In this document: in pieces, positions 40,861 to 49,882 of the stretch
Position numbering within the stretch: position 1 is the stretch's first letter
Layout: each line of letters begins with the position of its first letter
Origin: Myxococcales bacterium
Lineage (GTDB): Bacteria; Myxococcota_A; Polyangia; Fen-1088
Direction: 5' to 3'
Length of the DNA: 64,000 nt
NCBI GenBank assembly: GCA_031431215.1
Contig: JANPCZ010000037.1
Span: 6,355 to 70,354, forward strand
The notes under the pieces: model-generated
What the model was told of the DNA's origin: nothing
Databases searched by the model: none
Seen by the model: only the letters and a program-made list of their open reading frames with translations
Translations under genes and position numbers: made by a program

Positions 40861-43293
40861 TCAAGGTTCAAGGCGATAGGTCCGCTCGATGATGGCGGCG
40901 ACATCGGGCCCCTTCCAGTGGGGCTTGATCCACCTGTTGCGCCGGTCCTTCCACGACCGCGCCGGGCGCCGCCAGTGGCCGCGCACCATGAACCGGTGGA
41001 GGAGCTGGCGCCCGCTTGGGACGCGCTCCAGCTCCTGCATGCGCCTGACCTCGGAGATGCTTATCGTTCCCGGAAGAAAGAACACCTCGTCGGAGCTGAA
41101 GACCGGCGGCGGAGCGCCGGGTGCGCGAAGCACCTTCGTACGGTCGGTGGAGGGCCGCCGGACCTGGGGCTCCACCCCTGCGCTCGTGGCGTAGAGGATG
41201 GCGCTGAGCGCAAGATGGAGAAGCGCCGGCAGGGGCCGGGAACGCGTTCCGACCGCCACCTCTCGGCCGTTCCGGTTCCCGTTCGCCGCCGGTGACGCCG
41301 CCGGTGTGCCGAGCTCGATCGGCCGGCCGTCGGTGATGGGCAGATCGTGCTCGAGGAGGTAGGGCGGATCCGCTCCCAGGGCGTCCGCGGCGACCCGCAG
41401 GTGGAGCACACGACCGTCGCCGTGCGGCTCCCCACTGACGTAGATCGTGAGAACGCGCAGGATCTGCCCGGCGAGCGGACAGTCGGCGGCCCCGGCCAGG
41501 TGGCGCTCGGCCAGGGAGAGGGCGTGCCTGTCGGTGAACACGATCGCGAAGCAGGCGAACGGCAGGCGCAGATCGTCTCCGACCACGTCGAGGTCCGTGT
41601 GCACGAGCATGTAGGCGAGCGTTGGGTCCATCCAGAAAGTCTTCCGGCGATGCAGCTCGAAGTTGACCGCGCAGAACAGGCGAGCCGCGAGCACTGCCTC
41701 GGACGTCGCCGCGAAAGCGGCGGGCGCGGCCTTCTCGCGCTCGATCTCGGCCCGGAGGAACCGCCGGACCTCCAGATCCGCATCCAGGTCACCGCGATCG
41801 ACCAGGCTCGAGCTGTCGTCGAAGCTGGGCGCCGCGCGTGCGGCAGCGGCGAGCCTTTCGCACAGCTCGTCCCAGCTAGGCGCCGCCTGCGCCCACCGCT
41901 CGTGCGCGAGCGGCGGCGGCCGCGCGGGCGCGGCCTCTTCGAGCCCGAGGTCCGCCCACATCCACGAGGGATCGAACGCCGGCTCGTTCCGCTTGAGGGA
42001 CGTTTGGTAGAAGCCTTCGAGGTCGCGAATGAGCCCCGCGACGCGGCTCTTGAGCGCGGGATCCTTGGCTGCCTCACGCGGCGTGTGCTCGTCGAGGGCG
42101 GGGATCTTCTCGTCGAGCCACTTCCGGTAGTGGCGCGCGTAATGATCCAGCGTCAGCTCCTCGCGGATCTCGGGTGGAATCGCGTCGCTCTGGTCCACCG
42201 GCTCTTCCTTCGGCCCTCCTCGCAGTTCCTCCTTGAGTGACAGGGTGGGATCCTCGTGCGAAGTCGCCCGGTGTACCGCCGCGTCGCCTGCGAGATCCTC
42301 TACGAGCGCCCGCCCGCGCTCCCCACGCTTCGCGGAGTTGGCTTCCAGCGTGAGGGTCGCCCCCCGGAGCTTCAGGTGGCCGAGGACCACGGGCTCGCCG
42401 GACGCGTTCGGCCCCGTCCAGCGCCAGACGGCCTTCTGGCCGTCGCGCTCGAGCGGTGGTGCGGCCTCGAGCGCCGGGCCGAGGCGCGCCGCGTCCCGAA
42501 CGTCGAAGTGGACGCGGGTGAAGAGGATGTCGTCGCCGTCCTGGTTCCGGAGGTGCGGGATCGGCGGGTCGACGAGCGTCCGGAACCACGCCGAGTGGAA
42601 GAAGGGCGGCATCTCCTTCCAGAAGCGATCGGCAGGGGCGCGCGGGTTCTCGCGTCGGAACGTCTCGCGGTGCGATTCGAGCTGGGGAACGACGGCCTGT
42701 CGGATCAGGAACGGTATCGGGAGGACGCCCGCCTCCATCTCCGGCTGCCCCGAGGCGCCGCACGCGATGATGCGCGCCGCCAACATGTCGGCGCGGGCGA
42801 TCTGGCGGGAGCCGAGCCGCTCGTGAACCGAGACGACCGAGCCGTCGAGCACGTCGCGCAGCGTGAGCGACAGACCGGGCCTGACGTCGTCAACCTGCCA
42901 GAGGCGCGTGCAGCTCGCGCGGGCGAGTGTCAGGTACTCGCGCTCTCCCGTCGTCAGCGACGGATCCTCCGCCAGGAGCCGCTCGACCACCAGCCGGCCG
43001 TCCGCGAGCGGTCGATCGAACCAGAACCACCCGTCGAACACGCCGGTACTGAGCTGCTCCCAGTGCTCGTCGAGGTCCACGTCCTTCTGCACGCCCTCAC
43101 CCCAGAACTCGTCGAAGGCCGCGTCGTCTTCGCCTTCGAGCACCTCTTCGCTGAATCGCTCGAGCTTGTCGAGGGCCGAGCGGCGATCAGCTTGGGTGAA
43201 GCGCCTCGCCGCCTCCGCCTTCGGTAGGCAGCAACGCTTGTACTTGAGCCCGCTGCCGCACGGGCAGGGTGCATTCCGGCCAGGCTTCCCCAA
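40861..43293 (-). CDS. Large hypothetical protein (810 aa) with an N-terminal SEC-C motif, function unknown
   Basis: N-terminus MGKPGRNAPCPCGSGLKYKRCC (SEC-C). The C-terminus ends with a basic motif FMVRGHWRRPARSWKDRRNRWIKPHWKGPD. No catalytic motif recognised. Last gene of the islet operon. Confidence 0.5.
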   Translation of the reverse strand: MGKPGRNAPCPCGSGLKYKRCCLPKAEAARRFTQADRRSALDKLERFSEEVLEGEDDAAFDEFWGEGVQKDVDLDEHWEQLSTGVFDGWFWFDRPLADGRLVVERLLAEDPSLTTGEREYLTLARASCTRLWQVDDVRPGLSLTLRDVLDGSVVSVHERLGSRQIARADMLAARIIACGASGQPEMEAGVLPIPFLIRQAVVPQLESHRETFRRENPRAPADRFWKEMPPFFHSAWFRTLVDPPIPHLRNQDGDDILFTRVHFDVRDAARLGPALEAAPPLERDGQKAVWRWTGPNASGEPVVLGHLKLRGATLTLEANSAKRGERGRALVEDLAGDAAVHRATSHEDPTLSLKEELRGGPKEEPVDQSDAIPPEIREELTLDHYARHYRKWLDEKIPALDEHTPREAAKDPALKSRVAGLIRDLEGFYQTSLKRNEPAFDPSWMWADLGLEEAAPARPPPLAHERWAQAAPSWDELCERLAAAARAAPSFDDSSSLVDRGDLDADLEVRRFLRAEIEREKAAPAAFAATSEAVLAARLFCAVNFELHRRKTFWMDPTLAYMLVHTDLDVVGDDLRLPFACFAIVFTDRHALSLAERHLAGAADCPLAGQILRVLTIYVSGEPHGDGRVLHLRVAADALGADPPYLLEHDLPITDGRPIELGTPAASPAANGNRNGREVAVGTRSRPLPALLHLALSAILYATSAGVEPQVRRPSTDRTKVLRAPGAPPPVFSSDEVFFLPGTISISEVRRMQELERVPSGRQLLHRFMVRGHWRRPARSWKDRRNRWIKPHWKGPDVAAIIERTYRLEP

Positions 43294-43581
43294 GCGTCCT
43301 CTCCGTTGACTCTAGCCCAACTCTAGCCCCAACCCGCTACCGCCGCTCTCGCACGCGACCGCCTGGTTTCTCGAATCATCCCCCATGGCGGGCCCATCGG
43401 CGGTAGGCATCGATCCTCGAGCATCGTGTAGAAGCCGCTAACCTGCTCCGACTCGTCATGGGCGTCGACCGTCGCTTCCTCGATGAGTTCATCGAGCCAG
43501 GCTGCGGAGAGTTCCTCGCGCGGCGCCTGCCTCCCGTTGGTTGGTCTCGTCCTGCGCGCCATCGCCCCCTCACTCGTCCCG

Positions 43582-44208
43582 TCACATGAGATCGAAGAAC
43601 GTCTCGGTGCCGATATGCCGGAGATGCTGGTCGAGAAGGTCCTCGAGAGGTCCATGAGCCAGCGGCCAGGACCAGCCGCCCGAGCCCCGGTAGGTCATCC
43701 TCTTGGCGCAGTAGCCGTCCGCCCCTGCAGGAGCGAACTTCATCACGGGCGCGTACTGGGTACGGGCGCGGAGACCGGCCATCCGCCGCTGGACCCACTC
43801 CGGATCCATGCGGTGCGCAGCTGCAATCGCGGCAATCCCGTCCACTGTGAAAGCACCGATGGGCTCGAAGACGACGATCTCGCCCTTGACCGCATCGGCT
43901 CGATGGAAGCGCAGATGTGGATGGCGAGCCAAATCGGCCCGGACGAGATCGAGATCCTGGGCAGGCACGGCGCGAGCGTGGGGATCGAATCGGGCGACCG
44001 AAACGACCGCGTTGACGCTTTCGGTAAACTGGAATCCGCGCGGCATCGCGGCGAGCGCCCCCCCGCCCACCGTCTTGGCGACGAAGTACCGGGCTTTGCC
44101 GGTTTTCGTCTTGCCGGCGTGCAGATAGTAGACGTCGCCCCGGCGGTTCGCGTACGACAGAGCCGAGCCGTCCGGCGAGATCGAGCCGGCGAGGGGTGGG
44201 GCTCGCAT
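43582..44208 (-). CDS. Hypothetical protein (208 aa), islet operon gene 3
   Basis: Start chosen at ATG 44208, which leaves a 2-nt gap to the upstream gene stop. The ORF-track start 44406 would overlap it by ~200 nt. No recognisable domain. Confidence 0.4.
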   Translation of the reverse strand: MRAPPLAGSISPDGSALSYANRRGDVYYLHAGKTKTGKARYFVAKTVGGGALAAMPRGFQFTESVNAVVSVARFDPHARAVPAQDLDLVRADLARHPHLRFHRADAVKGEIVVFEPIGAFTVDGIAAIAAAHRMDPEWVQRRMAGLRARTQYAPVMKFAPAGADGYCAKRMTYRGSGGWSWPLAHGPLEDLLDQHLRHIGTETFFDLM

Positions 44209-44210
44209 GC

Positions 44211-44759
44211 CTACCAATCCACCAGCGGCGGCAGGCTGGGCAGAGCCTTCTGCAGGGCCTTCGCGCGTTTCTCCACGGTGTAGGGATCGAAACCCGCGAA
44301 TCCCTTCTGTGGCCAATACCGTCCGTGTGCCAGCCAGTGCCGCCACTTGAGCACGCCCTTGAAGTCGCCGACTACCTTCGTGGCGCCCGGGTGGGCCGCC
44401 CTCCATGCGTCCAGCAGATCCTCGAGTCGGGTCCGGACGCCGTGGGTTCGCCAGAGCTTCTGGAAGTTGGCGGCTGCAACACTCTTGGACCCGGTCGCGG
44501 GAGCGCGAACCTGCCGATCGAAGTCGATGCGCAGGATCGCCTCGAAGCTCGCGACCAGGGCGAGCGACACCTCGAGCGCCAGTTCCGTCGCCATCTGCTT
44601 GAGAACATCTGGCAGTTGTTGCGGCGTCATCTTGTAGAACGGGCTGTCGGATGACACCGCCGCCGCGATGTCGGGATCCCGAAGTGCGGACTCCACAAGG
44701 GCAAGAACTTCCAGGCTCCGGTTGTAGTAGAGCCAGATGTCGCGCGGCGCGGTCGCCAT
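44211..44759 (-). CDS. Hypothetical protein (182 aa), islet operon gene 2, contains an R-x4-H (HEPN-like) motif
   Basis: KWRHWLAHGRYW near the C-terminus (R140-x4-H145). 4-nt gap to the upstream gene. No other recognisable motif. Confidence 0.4.
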   Translation of the reverse strand: MATAPRDIWLYYNRSLEVLALVESALRDPDIAAAVSSDSPFYKMTPQQLPDVLKQMATELALEVSLALVASFEAILRIDFDRQVRAPATGSKSVAAANFQKLWRTHGVRTRLEDLLDAWRAAHPGATKVVGDFKGVLKWRHWLAHGRYWPQKGFAGFDPYTVEKRAKALQKALPSLPPLVDW

Positions 44760-44763
44760 GATC

Positions 44764-45213
44764 TCAGGACAGCAAGAACTGGAGAGCCTCGGACAGCGTC
44801 TCCTCGGTCAACTCTCGCCCTTTGTCCTTCGGGTCCGGCGTGGAGAGCATCCATTTGTTCTGTCGCGTGCGGATCAGGACCCGCGACTTCGGGCCGTGGC
44901 CCATGTCGATTCGACCGGTGCCTCCGAAGACCACGCGCGCGATGGGCTCGACGGACACGACGCGGACTCCCGACTGGATCTGCAGCACCGGAGCCTGGTA
45001 CACGCCCAGTGCTTCCTCGCGGACGACGATCTCGCCGCGAGCGAGCTTCAGCAAACCCTCGTCAGCCGCGGGCTTGAGCCAGGTCGAGATCTGATCGAGC
45101 AGGTCGTTGATGGCAGCGAGCCACTCCGCCTTCGTCTTCCCGAGGTCCATCGACTTCGAGGTGTTGTCTCGCTGGTGACGCCGAAGGAAATCGGTCAACC
45201 GTTCTGTCGCCAT
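44764..45213 (-). CDS. Hypothetical protein (149 aa), islet operon gene 1
   Basis: First gene of the tightly packed minus-strand operon 45213->40861. No recognisable domain. Confidence 0.4.
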   Translation of the reverse strand: MATERLTDFLRRHQRDNTSKSMDLGKTKAEWLAAINDLLDQISTWLKPAADEGLLKLARGEIVVREEALGVYQAPVLQIQSGVRVVSVEPIARVVFGGTGRIDMGHGPKSRVLIRTRQNKWMLSTPDPKDKGRELTEETLSEALQFLLS

Positions 45214-45427
45214 GTGCGGATGTCTCCTCGTACTCGCTCGCCGTCCTTGGAAGCCCTTAGTTTAGCGCCGCTGATCCCGGCTCGCCGGCGTGATCGCAGA
45301 ACGGGTTCGGGGAGCCTTTTTCGTTGTGCCCTTCTTGTGCCCTACGGATCGAAACCGCCACGCGCCCTCGACGGAGATAGTGAAACCATCTGAAACGACA
45401 AGCGACCGGAATCATTCATGGTCGTCG

Positions 45428-45470
45428 TCTTTCGAATCAGGCGCCTTCGGCCACTCGGCCATCTCTCCAA
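45428..45470 (-). repeat. Partial duplicate of tRNA-Ser(CGA): 5' half (positions 1-39) plus upstream flank. Right-hand direct repeat of the islet.
   Basis: 43/43 nt identity with 40374..40416. Contains ggagagatggccgagtggccgaaggcgcctgattcgaaa in reverse complement. Confidence 0.7.
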
Positions 45471-45555
45471 TATGAACCCGAATACTTAGCACCTTCGGGT
45501 CGGACAGATCGACCGAAACTGCCGCGGCGTGGCTGGCCTTGGGGGGGCGGCTTGG

Positions 45556-46659
45556 TCAGACGGGGGCGTCTTCGAGAGCTTCCATCTTCTTGCGCCGGGC
45601 GCGCTCGACGAACCAGACGATCACGATCGAGATGTTGTAAAGCGCGTACAGCGGGCCGGCCAGCAACAGCTGCGAGATGACGTCGGGGCTCGGCGTCAGC
45701 ACGCCGCCGACCACGGCCGACAGCACCAGCGCGTATTTGTTGAAGCGCCACAGGCCGCCGGCCGAGATCAGGCCCAGCAGGCCCAGCAGCGACAGCACCA
45801 CCGGCAACTCGAACGCAACGCCGCAACCGGCGAGCATCATGATCTGGAAGTTCGACACCGCCTCCATGCTCTGCATGGGATCGATCCTGAGGCGAATCTT
45901 CTGGTCCTCGTCGACCTCGCCCATGGCTGTCCCAGGATCGGGTTTGGCGGGATCGGGTTTGGTGGGATCGGGTTTGGTGACCTCGGCCGCCACTGCGACG
46001 CCGGCGGTGTCCTTGCGGGCTGCGCGGGCCTTGATGCGTTCCGCTCGCGCCTTGGCCGCGGCCTCGTGCTGCTGCTCGCACTCTTTCATCTGCTCGTCGG
46101 GCATCGGCATCGCGATCAGGTAGTACGACGCGGTCTGGGTCAGCGCGAAGTAACCGAACAGCGCGCCGCCGACGAAGCACAGGGCGGTCGCCGCGGTCAC
46201 GCCGCCGGCCAGCTTCTTTTCCTTGCGGTAAAGCCCGGGCGCGATGAACTTCCACAGCTCCCAAAAGATGAAGGGGCTGGCCACCAGGATGCTCATGATG
46301 ATGGCGAGCTTGAAGTAGCACCAGAACGGTTCCGTCGGTGACGTGTAGACGAACCCGACCTTGTTCGGGTCCAGGCACAGCTCGACCATCGCCTTCTGGA
46401 TCGGGCGGGTCAGGAGGACGAAGAAATCCTTGGCGAAGATCAGCGAACCGATCAGCGCCACCACGAACGCGATGCCAGCGTTGCGCAGCCGCGTGCGCAG
46501 CTCCGACAGGTGCTCGAGCAGCGACATGCGCTTGGCATCGAGAGCATCGTCGCCGTCCTCGACGCTGTCGCTCGGCGTGCTGTCGCCTTGCGTGCTGTCG
46601 CGGGGCGCTCCGTCGGACACCCCTTCGATCTGCTTCTTCTCGTCGTCGCTCGAACTCAA
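45556..46659 (-). CDS. tatC: Twin-arginine translocase subunit TatC, with N-terminal acidic extension and an inserted loop carrying TKPDP repeats
   Basis: LEHLSELRTRL start region, six TM helices. Loop with TKPDPTKPDPAKPDP. A shorter alternative start (MSLLEHL) lies at 46527. Confidence 0.85.
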   Translation of the reverse strand: MSSSDDEKKQIEGVSDGAPRDSTQGDSTPSDSVEDGDDALDAKRMSLLEHLSELRTRLRNAGIAFVVALIGSLIFAKDFFVLLTRPIQKAMVELCLDPNKVGFVYTSPTEPFWCYFKLAIIMSILVASPFIFWELWKFIAPGLYRKEKKLAGGVTAATALCFVGGALFGYFALTQTASYYLIAMPMPDEQMKECEQQHEAAAKARAERIKARAARKDTAGVAVAAEVTKPDPTKPDPAKPDPGTAMGEVDEDQKIRLRIDPMQSMEAVSNFQIMMLAGCGVAFELPVVLSLLGLLGLISAGGLWRFNKYALVLSAVVGGVLTPSPDVISQLLLAGPLYALYNISIVIVWFVERARRKKMEALEDAPV

Positions 46660-47507
46660 GCTTTTTTGACCGGTGTGGGCGGCGGCGGCCCGGGACGCGT
46701 TACGGACGGCGGCAATTTGACTCCGCCCGGCAGGGGAGGCGGCGCCGTGGTCGATCCTGAAGCACCAGCGGCGACCGAGCCTGGAATCAGCGCCGCAGGC
46801 ATGCCGAAGATGGTTGCGTTCGGCGCGGCCGGCCGTGGCACCGTGCCAGCAATCCGCACCGGCCCCGATGGGCGATCCGCGGCGGCGGCGGGAATCGGCG
46901 GTGGCACCGCGCCCGAGGGTCGGTCGACAATCGGCGCCGGCACCGCTGCCATCAGCGTGCCTGACGGGGGCGGCAGCATCGGGTCGAAGGCCGGTGGCCT
47001 TTCCATGGCAATCGTCCGATCCGAATTGAGCGCCGTCGCTGACGTCGCCGAAAGGACCATCGGCGATGGCGTCACGTCGGGGTCGGGGCTAGGCGGGATC
47101 TCTTCGCCGTCGGCGCCGTCGTGGTTATCATGAAATTCGCTGTCCGTGTCGCTACCTAACTCGCCGGTGCCGGCGGCGTGGGCGGCCGTCGGATTCGTTG
47201 CGGCCTCCTTGACCTCGCGCTCCATGCGCTCCTTCTCTTCCTTGTCCCAGATCGCGCGCTGCTTGCGATCCTCATCGCGCCGCTTGAGCTCCTCGGGCGC
47301 CAGCATGGTGGCCTCGCGCAGCTCTTCGAGCGGCTTGCGGATGAATTCGTCTAGCTGGATCTCGTTCTTGATGTCGGCGGTCGCCTTGCGGACCTCGCGG
47401 ATCATCTTGCCCAGGCCTGAAGCCAGCTCGGGCAGCTTCTTGGGGCCCAGAAAAATCAGGGCCAGCACCAAGATGGCTATGATTTCACCCATCCCGAGGT
47501 TGAGCAC
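46656..47507 (-). CDS. tatA: Twin-arginine translocase TatA/TatB-family protein with a long Pro-rich C-terminal tail
   Basis: N-terminal MLNLGMGEIIAILVLALIFLGPKKLPELASGLGKMIREVRK is the canonical TatA/B TM plus amphipathic helix. ~200-aa low-complexity tail suggests TatB-like. ATGA overlap with tatC. Confidence 0.75.
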   Translation of the reverse strand: MLNLGMGEIIAILVLALIFLGPKKLPELASGLGKMIREVRKATADIKNEIQLDEFIRKPLEELREATMLAPEELKRRDEDRKQRAIWDKEEKERMEREVKEAATNPTAAHAAGTGELGSDTDSEFHDNHDGADGEEIPPSPDPDVTPSPMVLSATSATALNSDRTIAMERPPAFDPMLPPPSGTLMAAVPAPIVDRPSGAVPPPIPAAAADRPSGPVRIAGTVPRPAAPNATIFGMPAALIPGSVAAGASGSTTAPPPLPGGVKLPPSVTRPGPPPPTPVKKA

Positions 47508-47645
47508 GGCTTTCAGATCCTTGGGTCTTGAGGTTCTGGTTCGAGGCCCGCGCGTCGCGTCGCACCGCGCATCCGGCTAGTTGTATCGTGGATCAAGGCG
47601 CTATTCCACCCGCCGCCGTCCTTTACCGCTGGTCGGGATCGAAGA

Positions 47646-48794
47646 CTACTGCGTCGCGAGCGAGCTGGGCGCGGGAATGATGATGGGGCGGCCCATGCGG
47701 CGCAACCAGTTCCAGTGCGAGCGCATCGCCCCGTAGAGCCCCTCGTGAGCAGAGTAGCGAAGCCCGAAGTCGGCGCACGCGGTCTGCACGATGACGGACA
47801 GGCGTGGGTAGTGGACGTGGCAGATCTTGGGGAACAGGTGATGCTCGATCTGGAAGTTCAACCCGCCGACGTACCAGGTGAGCAGACGGTTGCCACGGGC
47901 GAAATTGACCGTGTTCTCGACCTGATGAACCGCCCAGGGGCCGAGCGATGCCCCGGTTGGGGACGGCAGCGGCGGAAACGACGCCTCCTCGACGCAGTGG
48001 GCGAGCTGGAAAATCACGGTCAGGACGAGGCTGAGCACCACGGAGATCGCGGCGTAGTACAGCAGCACCACCCACCACGAATGAAACAGCATCGGCACCA
48101 CGAACACCCAGCTGGCGAACAGGGCCTTGCCGCCGATGAACTCGACCAGCCGCCAACCCCGGGGCCGAGGAAAGCGGTTGCCCGAGATCTGAGCCGCGGC
48201 CACCTGCTTCGGATCCTCGTACAGGTGCCAGTGGAGCACGAACAGCCCGTACAGCGCCCACATGAAGAACTGCTGGAAGCGGTGAATGGGATAGCGGGGC
48301 TGCGCCGGCGCCAGGCGGGCGAATGGGCCCACGTCGAGGTCACTGTCGGCGCCGCTCAGGTTGGTATAGGTGTGATGGAAGACGTTGTGCTTCCATTGCC
48401 AGACGTAGGAGCTGGCACCGAGGACATCAAGAGTCATGCCCATCACGCGGTTGATGGCACCGTGCCGCGAATAGGCGTCGTGGTTGGCGTCGTGCTGGAT
48501 GCAGAAGGCAATCCCGGCGGTTGCGAACGCTAGCGACAAAGCCAGCAGAGTGGCCTGCCACCAGGTGGCCGCCGCGAACACCAGCAGTGCGTACGAGGCC
48601 GCGAACCACAACAGCAGGATGGCTGACTTCAAGTACATGCGCGGGCTATCACGCTGGGACAGACCGGTGCGCTCGAAGTATTCATGGACCCGACGCTTGA
48701 TCTCGCGGTGAAAACCTGAATCTTCCGCGAACTTGGGCCGGACCGCGTCGGCGCCGATGGTGTTGCTCACTTGCTGCATTGGGGGCGGCAACAT
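47646..48794 (-). CDS. Membrane fatty-acid desaturase (acyl-lipid/acyl-CoA desaturase family)
   Basis: Three His boxes: HDANHDAY, HNVFHHTYTN, FQIEHHLFP. Confidence 0.8.
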   Translation of the reverse strand: MLPPPMQQVSNTIGADAVRPKFAEDSGFHREIKRRVHEYFERTGLSQRDSPRMYLKSAILLLWFAASYALLVFAAATWWQATLLALSLAFATAGIAFCIQHDANHDAYSRHGAINRVMGMTLDVLGASSYVWQWKHNVFHHTYTNLSGADSDLDVGPFARLAPAQPRYPIHRFQQFFMWALYGLFVLHWHLYEDPKQVAAAQISGNRFPRPRGWRLVEFIGGKALFASWVFVVPMLFHSWWVVLLYYAAISVVLSLVLTVIFQLAHCVEEASFPPLPSPTGASLGPWAVHQVENTVNFARGNRLLTWYVGGLNFQIEHHLFPKICHVHYPRLSVIVQTACADFGLRYSAHEGLYGAMRSHWNWLRRMGRPIIIPAPSSLATQ

Positions 48795-48843
48795 TACCTG
48801 ACGAACCCGTCGTCAGGATCGCGTTTCCGTGGGTAGTTGTGGT

Positions 48844-49872
48844 TCACCCGGGAAAAAGCCCCATCTGAGCGGGCGGGCCGAGGACATAAGCGTCGAGGCC
48901 GCGAGCGCGCAAGGTCTGCGCGAGCGGACCTGCGTGGGTGCCCACCAGGGCTACCTCGCGCGCAAAAGTGGCCTCGACATAGGCGCACAGATCCGCGAAG
49001 CCGGCCTGGTTGGCGAAGGCGATGGCGGTGTCGACGCGCGTGGCGGCGACGACGTCTGGGTCCGCGGCCAGACCCGACACCAACGCGAAGCTGGTTGCGG
49101 GCAGGGTGCCCAGCATGGGTTGCGCGCGCGCCTGCGGCGGCCACAGCAATGCCTCTCCGGGCGCGAGCTTGCCGCCGAAACGCGCGATCGCGACCGCCGG
49201 TGTACCGGCAGCGCGAAACGCCGCAGCCGCGGCCACCATCGAGCGATGGCCGCGTACCGTGATGCCGGCAGCCGCGAGCGCCGCCGCCACGTCCATGCCA
49301 CCACCGTATGGCGTGGCCAACAGCACCGGCGCTCGGCCGGCTGCCAACGCACCACGCGCGAAATCCACGACCGCCGCCAGCGCCTCGGCCGGCGCCGGGA
49401 AGTCGAAGCGAGGGTGGCCGAAGGTCGCGTCAAGGCACATAGCCTCCGCCGGCTGGGCCTCGCCGGTGACCGCGCCGAACGCGGGATCGCCGCGCCTGAT
49501 GGTGCCCGCATACACCACCCGGCGGCCCTGGGTCTCGCAGCGCAACGACGCAGCTCCCGGCAGGTGGCCCGATGGAAACAACCCCAGACGCAGATCGCCG
49601 AGCGTGAACGCCCGTCCGAACGGCGTGGGCAGCGCGTGCTTGCGCAGGGTCGCGCCGACACGCCCGAGCAGCGCCAGTGTCGTGTCGGTGCACAGGATCT
49701 CCTGCCGCCCCGCCCGGCGCATCCGCACGCGACCATCGGCCAGTGCTTGCGCGTGTGACAAGAACACCAGGTCGCCTGCGCCTCCGGCGGCGTCGCATGT
49801 CAGGTTGGTGCCGGTCAGGCGCACGCCACCGCGGAACTCGAACGCGCGCGACGCGGGCCGCTGGGGCTTCAT
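48844..49872 (-). CDS. Hypothetical protein, possibly a degenerate MBL-fold / ligase-associated exonuclease-like protein. Unassigned.
   Basis: 342-aa ORF with good coding look (GC3 high) but no canonical HxHxDH motif (has LVFLSHAQALADG). Confidence 0.3.
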   Translation of the reverse strand: MKPQRPASRAFEFRGGVRLTGTNLTCDAAGGAGDLVFLSHAQALADGRVRMRRAGRQEILCTDTTLALLGRVGATLRKHALPTPFGRAFTLGDLRLGLFPSGHLPGAASLRCETQGRRVVYAGTIRRGDPAFGAVTGEAQPAEAMCLDATFGHPRFDFPAPAEALAAVVDFARGALAAGRAPVLLATPYGGGMDVAAALAAAGITVRGHRSMVAAAAAFRAAGTPAVAIARFGGKLAPGEALLWPPQARAQPMLGTLPATSFALVSGLAADPDVVAATRVDTAIAFANQAGFADLCAYVEATFAREVALVGTHAGPLAQTLRARGLDAYVLGPPAQMGLFPG

Positions 49873-49882
49873 GGAAGCCCGT

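Larger units (their letters stand above)
40417..45427 (-). mobile_element. Candidate integrated islet (remnant) between tRNA-Ser(CGA) and tatC, bounded by a 43-nt perfect / ~60-nt imperfect direct repeat. No integrase present.
   Basis: Direct repeat tttcgaatcaggcgccttcggccactcggccatctctccaata at 40374..40416 and 45428..45470, extending imperfectly ~20 nt. The interior holds four unassigned genes, all on the minus strand. Confidence 0.35.

Noticed and set aside
46000-46050. Short tandem nucleotide repeats (ggatcgggtttgg x3) as a possible CRISPR or VNTR
   Set aside because: They lie inside tatC and encode the TKPDP peptide repeat. No spacer-repeat architecture and no cas genes. No CRISPR array was found anywhere in the window.
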